A stretch of DNA of 64,000 nucleotides, taken from the NCBI GenBank assembly GCA_034667725.1, contig JAXDQS010000003.1:480001-544000 (forward strand), given 5' to 3'. Below are positions 54,862-64,000 of this stretch, piece by piece. Numbering within the stretch: position 1 is the first letter of the stretch; the number at the start of each line of letters is the position of its first letter. The stretch comes from Thermoplasmata archaeon. GTDB taxonomy: Archaea; Thermoplasmatota; E2; JACPAO01; JAHFTW01. Below the pieces are notes generated by a model, which saw nothing but the letters and a program-made list of their open reading frames with translations, was not told the DNA's origin and searched no databases. The position numbers and the translations under genes were made by a program.

Positions 54862-55818
54862 ATGCCTGTGGAAGGTAAGTCGAAGGAAACCAACCCATGG
54901 TTGTTCTCCATAGCATTCCTTGTGGGCATAACAAGTGCCATAGTGTTGTACAATGTCTATCATCAAGAAGAAGTCATTCTATCCACAATAGATATAATAA
55001 ATCTTTCTCTTTCGTTGAGCATGGGTGGGGCCTCCATTGCCTTGGCGATAGTCGCTATCCGGCTCGGAAAAGCCTCCGAGCAGGTAATTGTAAGCCGTAG
55101 TGATGCAGCAATTCAATTGCAAACGAAAGTTTATTCGGATACCATTGAAGCGCTTCAGCAAATCAAGTCATCTACTGGCGTTACAGAGAAACGCATTGAG
55201 GATATTATTGCAGGTCGCGTAGGGGAAATGTCAAAGAAAATTGCGCAAGAGGTTCGGCCCGGATCACCGCTAAAGGCGTTAGAACTCCAAGAAGAAATTC
55301 AGCGAATTATTTCGGAAGATTTGGGAGATTCTAAGAGCGTGGCTGGCCACGCGCGCACTCGACAAGTCGAGCGTCGCAAGCAAATTGATTCGGCACGCTT
55401 GGCCCATGAGTTTGAGCAAGCATTCATTTCTGGTCTTATTGACAAGAAGAAGTATAACTTCTTGCATATTGGCTCCGGCGATCTTCTAGGGTCCGGCTAC
55501 GAACTGATGGATTGCGTGTTCAAGACTGCTAAGGGAAAAATTGTTGGGATAACTTCAATCTATAACGACGATGTGCGTGGACCAAGATTCAGAAAATACT
55601 TAGTCGAACACATCATGCTGATTGTTGACGAAATCAAGGCTGGAAAGTTCGATGCCGTCTTTGTGGTGTTTGCATTCGAAAACATTCATCGGGAACAATC
55701 TGTTATAGAACTGACCGCGGCTTTAAGCTCGCTGGATGCCCAGACCAAAGAAAAATTCGAAATAATTACGGGCACTCCGCAGCAAGTTGTTGAGGTCGTA
55801 TCAAAATCTCAGCACTAG
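54862..55818 (+). CDS. low-GC hypothetical protein (2 TM, coiled coil, alpha/beta C-terminal domain), probably horizontally acquired
   Basis: Abrupt drop in GC; own AT-rich TATA (ttattttatatt) upstream. Confidence 0.8.
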   Translation: MPVEGKSKETNPWLFSIAFLVGITSAIVLYNVYHQEEVILSTIDIINLSLSLSMGGASIALAIVAIRLGKASEQVIVSRSDAAIQLQTKVYSDTIEALQQIKSSTGVTEKRIEDIIAGRVGEMSKKIAQEVRPGSPLKALELQEEIQRIISEDLGDSKSVAGHARTRQVERRKQIDSARLAHEFEQAFISGLIDKKKYNFLHIGSGDLLGSGYELMDCVFKTAKGKIVGITSIYNDDVRGPRFRKYLVEHIMLIVDEIKAGKFDAVFVVFAFENIHREQSVIELTAALSSLDAQTKEKFEIITGTPQQVVEVVSKSQH

Positions 55819-56186
55819 GCCACTTCGTCCCCGCCATGCACCACGGCCGGCGGGTGGATCCGGTTCGAGTCGGGGAAGTCCCGGTACAGCGCCGTCCGAA
55901 GGTTCTGCACCTTGCTCCACACTTGGACGTGCAGCCGCTCCATCTCGCCGGTGCGGGGGGTCATCTCGTCGAACGCCGCCTCCAGTTGCGCCAGGTCCTT
56001 GACGTGGACGGCGACGTGCCATTCGCCCAGGTCCTTGGGGCCAAAGCCGAGCTTGCGGCGCTCCAGCTCCCAGGACTCGATGGCGCCGCGGCCTTTCATG
56101 TGCTTGAGCATGGCCTCGATGGCGGAGGCCAAGTCCAGGTCCTTGAAGCCTGGGCGCAGGTCGAACCAGAGGTGGTAGCGGTCCAT
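55815..56186 (-). CDS. small ferredoxin-like fold protein (DUF6614-like)
   Basis: YHLWFDL...RRKLGFGP..LGEWH...LAQLEAAF...ALYRDFPD. Confidence 0.7.
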   Translation of the reverse strand: MDRYHLWFDLRPGFKDLDLASAIEAMLKHMKGRGAIESWELERRKLGFGPKDLGEWHVAVHVKDLAQLEAAFDEMTPRTGEMERLHVQVWSKVQNLRTALYRDFPDSNRIHPPAVVHGGDEVA

Positions 56187-56275
56187 TCGGAGGCGGGAAG
56201 GGGCCGCCGCGCTTGGGCCTTCCCTTGCGTGGCCGGAACGTCAACGCCAAAGAGCGCCGCGCCTCTGCCGGCGCG

Positions 56276-58834
56276 ATGCAGGACTACCGCCTCCCGACCA
56301 GCCTCCGCCCGGTGCGGTGCGCCATCCACCTCGACGCCGACCCGGCCCGGCCCACGTTCTCGGGCACGGTGCGCATCGAGGCGGAGGCGTCGGCGGCGCT
56401 GCCGGAGGTCCGCCTGCACGCGACGGGCCTGCGGGTGCGCGAGGCCTTCGTGACGCAAGGGGGCAAGCGGGTGGCGGCCCCGGTCGCGGAGCGCAAGGAG
56501 GTCGGGCAGGTTGTCCTCCAGGTGCCGGTCGCGGCGGGGACGTTGACCATCGAGGTGGCGTACGAGGGCGACGTGGCCAAGGGCATGGCGGGGCTGTACC
56601 ACGCCAAGGACGGCCACGACGTCTGCCTGGCGACCCAGTGCGAGGCGACGGACGCGCGGGCCTTCGTGCCGTGCTTCGACGAGCCGGGGTTCAAGGCGGT
56701 GTTCGAGTGGACCGTGACGGCGCCGGAGGGCATGGTGGTGCTGGCCAACACGGCCGCCGTCCGCAAGGAGGGCACGACGTGGACGTTCACGCCCACCCCC
56801 CGGATGAGCAGCTACCTGCTGGCCCTCGCCATCGGCCCGTTCGAGGGGACGGCGCCCACCGAGGAGCGCGGCGTGCCGTTCCAGGTGTTCGCCATCGGCG
56901 GCAAGCATCCGCTGGGGGCGACGGCGCAGGCGTTCAGCCATCGTCTGCTGGCGTGGTACGAGGACTACTTCGGGCAGCCGTACGCCTTCGGCAAGTATGA
57001 CCAGGTCGCGATCCCCAGCTTCGCCTTCGGCGCGATGGAGAACCCGGGCCTCGTCACCTTCCGCCCCAGCCTGCTGCTGCTGGATCCGGCCAAGGCGACC
57101 TGGGACGAGCGCAAGGACGTCAACCTCGTCGTGGCCCACGAGTTCGCGCACATGTGGTTTGGCAACCTGGTCACGATGGCGTGGTGGGACGACCTGTGGC
57201 TCAACGAGGCGTTCGCGGAGTGGGTGGCGCACAAGAGCACCGCCGAACTGTCCCCCGAGCTTGATGTCTGGACCCGGTTCCGGCAACGCGCCGCCGGCGC
57301 CCTGGCCACCGACGCCTTGGCCGCGACGCACGCCATCTACCACCCCGTCAAGACCGCGCAGGAGGCGCAGGAGATGTTCGACGCCATCACCTACGGCAAG
57401 GGCTCCGCCGTGATGCGGATGCTGGAGGCGTACCTGGGCCCCGACAGGTTCCGCGCCGGCCTGCGCGCCTACATGGCCGAGTTCCGGTTCGCCAACGCCA
57501 AGGGCCCCGACCTGTGGCGCCACCTCGCCGCGGCCTCCGGGCAGGACGTCGGCGCCATCATGGGCGCCTGGGTCACGAAGCCGGGCCATCCCGTGGTGCG
57601 CGCCGGCTGGGACGGCCACCTCCAGCTCCGGCAGGAGCGCGCCCGCAGCAGCCCCGGCCCGGCCGAGCCGGGCGCCTGGCCCGTGCCGATGGTGGTCCGC
57701 TACGCCGACGACGCCGGCACGCACACGCATCCGGTGCTGTTCGGCCAGGCCCAGGCCACCGTCGAGCTGCCGGTCCGGGGACGCCTCCGCTGGCTCTGGC
57801 CCAACGCCGGCGACGTCGGCTTCTTCCGCTGCAGCCTGGAAGGCCCGCTCCTCCAGCAGGCCTTGGCCAGCGGCGGCCTTGCCCCCGAGGAGCAGGCCGC
57901 CCTGCTGCGCGACCTGTGGGGCGAGCTGCGCGCCGGCAACGTCGCGCCCGAGGCGTTCCTGGCCGCGTTCGAGGGCATCGCGGCCCGCTTGCAGCCCGGC
58001 GCGCGCTACGACCTCGTGGGCCACCTCGTCGGGACGCTGCGCGGCCTCGAGGCGCTCCTGGAGGCGAAGGGCGAGGAGCCCGCGCTTGCCGGCTTGCGCC
58101 AGGCCGCCCGCGTCTGGCTGCGCCCGGCCTACGAGGCGGACGCGCGGGCGGGCGCCGCGGCGCCGCCCGACGCCCGCAAGCGCCGGGCGAGCCTGCTGCG
58201 CGGCCTCGCGGCCATCGCGCGCGACCCCGCCGCGGCCGCCGAGGCGCGGGCGGCCGCCGCGCAGGAGCGCGCGGACGCGGGCGCGCTCGACCCGGACCTC
58301 GCGGCCGCCGCCGTGGCGTCCGAGGCCGTGCTGGGCGACGGCGCGACGCTTGCCGTCCACATGGCCGAGCACCGCGCCCGCCGCGACGCCAACGCGGCGC
58401 CGCAGCTGGTGGAGCGCTACCTCTACTCGCTCGGCGCGTTCCGCGGCGCCGGCGAGGTGGACCGCGTCCTTGCCGAGCTGGCGTCGGGCACCATCGCGCC
58501 GCAGGCGGTGGGGCCGATCCTGCGCGGGATGCTGGGCGAGCCGCACAGCGCCACCGCGGCGTGGCGGCACTTGCAGGCCCACTGGCCGAAGCTGAAGGAG
58601 TCGCTTGGCGAGGCCTGGGTCGCCATCCTGGTGGAGGGCTCCGGCGAGCTGCCGGTGGACTTGGAGGCCGAGGTGCTGGCGTTCTGGGGCCGCGAGCTGC
58701 ACGGCGCGGCCGGGCAGGCGCTGGGCCGGGCCAAGGAGCGGCTGGCCGCCCGCCGCGCGTTCGAGGCGCGGGTGGGGCCCGCGCTCGCCTCTTGGGCGGC
58801 ACGGCTGCCGCGGGCCTTCGTGCCCGCCCGCTAG
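56276..58834 (+). CDS. M1 family aminopeptidase
   Basis: TQCEATDAR..PCFDEP; GAMENPG; HEFAHMWFGNLV...LWLNE; YGKG. Confidence 0.95.
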   Translation: MQDYRLPTSLRPVRCAIHLDADPARPTFSGTVRIEAEASAALPEVRLHATGLRVREAFVTQGGKRVAAPVAERKEVGQVVLQVPVAAGTLTIEVAYEGDVAKGMAGLYHAKDGHDVCLATQCEATDARAFVPCFDEPGFKAVFEWTVTAPEGMVVLANTAAVRKEGTTWTFTPTPRMSSYLLALAIGPFEGTAPTEERGVPFQVFAIGGKHPLGATAQAFSHRLLAWYEDYFGQPYAFGKYDQVAIPSFAFGAMENPGLVTFRPSLLLLDPAKATWDERKDVNLVVAHEFAHMWFGNLVTMAWWDDLWLNEAFAEWVAHKSTAELSPELDVWTRFRQRAAGALATDALAATHAIYHPVKTAQEAQEMFDAITYGKGSAVMRMLEAYLGPDRFRAGLRAYMAEFRFANAKGPDLWRHLAAASGQDVGAIMGAWVTKPGHPVVRAGWDGHLQLRQERARSSPGPAEPGAWPVPMVVRYADDAGTHTHPVLFGQAQATVELPVRGRLRWLWPNAGDVGFFRCSLEGPLLQQALASGGLAPEEQAALLRDLWGELRAGNVAPEAFLAAFEGIAARLQPGARYDLVGHLVGTLRGLEALLEAKGEEPALAGLRQAARVWLRPAYEADARAGAAAPPDARKRRASLLRGLAAIARDPAAAAEARAAAAQERADAGALDPDLAAAAVASEAVLGDGATLAVHMAEHRARRDANAAPQLVERYLYSLGAFRGAGEVDRVLAELASGTIAPQAVGPILRGMLGEPHSATAAWRHLQAHWPKLKESLGEAWVAILVEGSGELPVDLEAEVLAFWGRELHGAAGQALGRAKERLAARRAFEARVGPALASWAARLPRAFVPAR

Positions 58835-58908
58835 GATGCGTGAACCAAAGTTCATGCGTTGCACGGGCACCCTTAAACCGGTGCTTTGGCTGCCTGCGCC
58901 CGAGCCGG

Positions 58909-60000
58909 ATGCCCGACAAGCCCCTGTCCATCCTGGAGAGCAAGAAGAAGGACCTGGAGCTGGACCTCTCGGACACCGACCTCAGGAAGCTCTACACCAC
59001 GATGGTGCGCGTCCGCAAGATGGACGAGAAGCTCATCCTGCTCCAGCGCCAAGGGCGCATCGGGTTCTACCTGTCCTGCCTCGGCCAGGAGGCGTGCCAC
59101 ATCGGCGCCGCCTACGCCCTGAACGAGGACGACTGGATCTTCCCGCACTACCGCAACCCCGGAACCCCCTTGCTGAGGGGGGTGTCGATGCTGCGGATGG
59201 TCAACCAGTGCTACGGCAACGCCGCCGACGAGATCAAGGGCCGCCAGATGCCGGTCCACTACTCCTTCAAGGACATCAACTTCTTCTCCATCTCCTCGCC
59301 GCTCGGCACCCAGGTCGTCCAGGCCGCCGGCGCCGCCTACGCCATGAAGCTCAAGGGCACCAAGCAGGTCAGCATGACCAGCTTCGGCGACGGCTCCTCC
59401 AGCGAGATTGACTTCCACTCGGGCATGAACTTCGCCGCCGTCACCAAGGCGCCGTGCATCTTCATGCTGGAGAACAACCAGTGGGCCATCAGCGTCCCCA
59501 CCAGCAAGCAGAGCGCCTCCGAGTCCTACGCCATCAAGGCCGCCGCCTACGGGATGCCGGGTATCCAGGTGGACGGCAACGACATCCTCGCCGTGTACAA
59601 GGTCACCAAGGAGGCCGTGGACCGCGCCCGCCGCGGCGAAGGCCCCACCCTCATCGAGCTGGTCACCTTCCGCATGGGCGCCCACAGCACCTCGGACGAC
59701 CCCAGCCGCTACTGCCCGCCGGAGCAGCTCAAGGAATGGGCCGCCAAGGACCCCCTCAAGCGCTTCGAGGCCTACCTGCTGCGCAACAAGGTCGTCACCC
59801 AAGCCGAGATGGACAAGCTCGCCAAGGCCGCCGAGGAGGAGGTCAACGCCGCCATCAAGGAGTCCGAGGTCAACGGCCCCCTTCCTCCCGTCGAGACCAT
59901 GTTCGACGACGTGTACGAGCACCTCCCCGAGCTCCTCAAGGACCAGCGCGAGGCCCTGCTGAAGGACTACAAGGAGCACGGGATGCCGGGGGCGCACTGA
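58909..60000 (+). CDS. pdhA: 2-oxoacid (pyruvate/branched-chain) dehydrogenase E1 alpha
   Basis: QRQGRIGFY; GQEA; GRQMPVH; FGDG...NNQWAIS; HSTSDDP. Confidence 0.93.
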   Translation: MPDKPLSILESKKKDLELDLSDTDLRKLYTTMVRVRKMDEKLILLQRQGRIGFYLSCLGQEACHIGAAYALNEDDWIFPHYRNPGTPLLRGVSMLRMVNQCYGNAADEIKGRQMPVHYSFKDINFFSISSPLGTQVVQAAGAAYAMKLKGTKQVSMTSFGDGSSSEIDFHSGMNFAAVTKAPCIFMLENNQWAISVPTSKQSASESYAIKAAAYGMPGIQVDGNDILAVYKVTKEAVDRARRGEGPTLIELVTFRMGAHSTSDDPSRYCPPEQLKEWAAKDPLKRFEAYLLRNKVVTQAEMDKLAKAAEEEVNAAIKESEVNGPLPPVETMFDDVYEHLPELLKDQREALLKDYKEHGMPGAH

Positions 60001-60053
60001 TGCGCATCCCCCAGCCGGCCCTCGACCTCGCCCCTCCCCAGGAGGCCCCCTGA

Positions 60054-60286
60054 ATGCCCCCCAAGACCCCGAAGCTCGACCTGACCACCTGGAACGCCGG
60101 CTCGATCGCCTTCCTGGTGCTGTCCCTGGCCAACGGCGTCCTGCTGGGCCTCGGCATCGCCGTCGGCGCCTGGTGGATGGTGGCCTTCCTGATGCAATGG
60201 CCGGTCGCCCTCGCCATCGGCGCGCACCTCGGCCACGTCAAGCTCGAAGGGTCCCCCCGCCAGCCCACTGGACCGGAGGCCGCCTG

Positions 60287-60287
<1 letters not shown>
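60054..60287 (+). CDS. small 2-TM membrane protein inside the dehydrogenase operon
   Basis: GGAGG SD; hydrophobic; TGATG overlap with the E1 beta gene. Confidence 0.7.
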
Positions 60288-61261
<974 letters not shown>

Positions 61262-61265
61262 GGCG

Positions 61266-62648
61266 GTGCGACCCGTGTTCAAGTTCAAGCTCCCCGACAT
61301 CGGCGAAGGCATCCAGGAAGGCGAGATCGTCCGCTGGATCAAGAAGGAAGGCGAGGCCGTCAAGGAGGACGAGCCGTTCGTCGAGGTCATGACCGACAAG
61401 GCGACGGTGGAGCTCACGAGCCCCCGCAAGGGCACCATCGCCAAGCACCACGTCGCCGAGGGCCAGATGGCCAAGGTCGGCCAGGTCATCGTCGAGATCC
61501 TCGAGTCGGGCGACGCGCCGGCCGGAAAAGCCTCCGAGGCCCCCGCCGGCCCGGCCCCGAAGGTCGCGGAGAACACCCCGTCCAAGGCGCCGGAGGCCAA
61601 GGAGGAGAAGACGCTGTTCGAGCTGCCCAAGGAGATCGCGGCGGCGACCAAGGTCATCGAGCGCAAGGGTGCTGCGGCCCAGGCGCCCGCCACCCCGAGC
61701 GCGTCGAGCGCGCCCAGCGTGCCCGCCGGCCACAAGGCGACGGCGGCGCCGGCGGTGCGCAAGAAGGCCCGCGAGCTCGGCCTCGACATCAACCAGGTGC
61801 GGGGGACCGGCCAGAACGGCCGCGTCACGGTGGAGGACCTGCAACGCTTCGGGTCGGCCCCGACGGCGCCCGCCGCGCAGCCGGCGGCGCCCGCGGGCGG
61901 CGCGCGCTTCAGCTACGCGGACGTGCGCTACTCGCAGGACCCGAGCCGCGAGGAGCGGGTGCCGCTGCGCGGGCTGCGGCGCACCATCAGCAAGGCAATG
62001 GAGCGCAGCAAGTTCACGGCGACCCACTTCACCTACGTGGCCGAGGTCGACTGCGACAACCTGGTGGCGCTGCGTGACGCGGCCAAGAACGTGGCGGACG
62101 CGCGCGGCGTCAAGCTGACGTTCCTGCCGTTCATCGTCAAGGCGGCCGTGGCGGCGCTGAAGCGGCACCCGGACGTCAACGTGGCGTTCGACGAGACCAC
62201 GGCGGAGATCGTGCGCAAGAAGTACTGGCACATCGGCATCGCGACGGCGACGGACGCGGGCCTCATCGTGCCGGTGCTGCGCGACGCCGACCGCAAAGGC
62301 GTCTTGGAGATCGCGCGCGAGATCCAGGACCTGAGCGAACGGACCAAGGCCGGCAAGGCCAAGCCGGAGGAATTGAGCGGCTCCACCTTCACCATCACGA
62401 GCCTGGGCAAGATGGGCGGCCTGCTCGCGACACCGATCCTGAACTACCCCGAGGTCGCCATCATGGGCGTCCACGAGATGAAGCAGGTGCCGGTCGTCAA
62501 GGACGGGCAGATCGCGATCGGGTGGCGGATGAACCTGAGCTTCTCGTTCGACCACCGCATCGTGGACGGCTACAACGGCGCGCTGTTCGCCAACACGCTG
62601 CTGTCTTACCTCGAAGACCCCCAGTTGCTGCTGCTGGAGTCGCTCTAG
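61266..62648 (+). CDS. pdhC: dihydrolipoamide acyltransferase E2
   Basis: Lipoyl domain MTDKA; PAVRK.ARE; GTG..GRV; DHRIVDG; start may be GTG 61275. Confidence 0.95.
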   Translation: MRPVFKFKLPDIGEGIQEGEIVRWIKKEGEAVKEDEPFVEVMTDKATVELTSPRKGTIAKHHVAEGQMAKVGQVIVEILESGDAPAGKASEAPAGPAPKVAENTPSKAPEAKEEKTLFELPKEIAAATKVIERKGAAAQAPATPSASSAPSVPAGHKATAAPAVRKKARELGLDINQVRGTGQNGRVTVEDLQRFGSAPTAPAAQPAAPAGGARFSYADVRYSQDPSREERVPLRGLRRTISKAMERSKFTATHFTYVAEVDCDNLVALRDAAKNVADARGVKLTFLPFIVKAAVAALKRHPDVNVAFDETTAEIVRKKYWHIGIATATDAGLIVPVLRDADRKGVLEIAREIQDLSERTKAGKAKPEELSGSTFTITSLGKMGGLLATPILNYPEVAIMGVHEMKQVPVVKDGQIAIGWRMNLSFSFDHRIVDGYNGALFANTLLSYLEDPQLLLLESL

Positions 62649-62649
62649 C

Positions 62650-64000
<1,351 letters not shown>

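Noticed and set aside
58836-58859. Inverted repeat ATGCGTGAAC-CAAA-GTTCATGCGT upstream of pdhA
   Set aside because: Could be a terminator or an operator, but it is a single imperfect instance with no supporting evidence

Overview
Very GC-rich (about 70% by eye) archaeal chromosomal segment. Marker genes (aIF-2beta with a TRAM domain, aPelota, Rqc2/NFACT, archaeal-type TpiA and SHMT, AK6, tRNA-Gln with an A1-U72 pair, GGAGGTGA Shine-Dalgarno sites) point to an archaeon, most plausibly a high-GC Thermoplasmatota lineage (inference). The window holds about 60 CDS and 2 tRNAs. These include housekeeping genes (gpmI, asnS, metG, purC, trxB, glyA, uppS, dinB, lipA, 2-oxoacid dehydrogenase operon), an alpha-glucan cluster (PfkB-GH15-GT4-GH57), a bacterial-type NHEJ operon (ligase, Ku, primase-polymerase), three membrane-tethered winged-HTH regulators, many lipoproteins/surface proteins and one low-GC foreign gene. 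Most unusual signals: (i) gene 3' ends duplicated around 70-115 bp hairpin-rich inserts at three loci (asnS, a DUF4870-like gene, tRNA-Gln), where the protein-gene copies differ almost only by synonymous changes; (ii) palindromic elements built of 9-bp units; (iii) a highly base-paired, pseudoknot-capable ~85-nt element just upstream of the NHEJ operon; (iv) a secreted 8-Cys peptide gene next to a kelch/TSP3-TM-wHTH receptor-like regulator. Most long ORFs in the supplied track are GC shadow frames. Start codons were re-picked by eye and are approximate.
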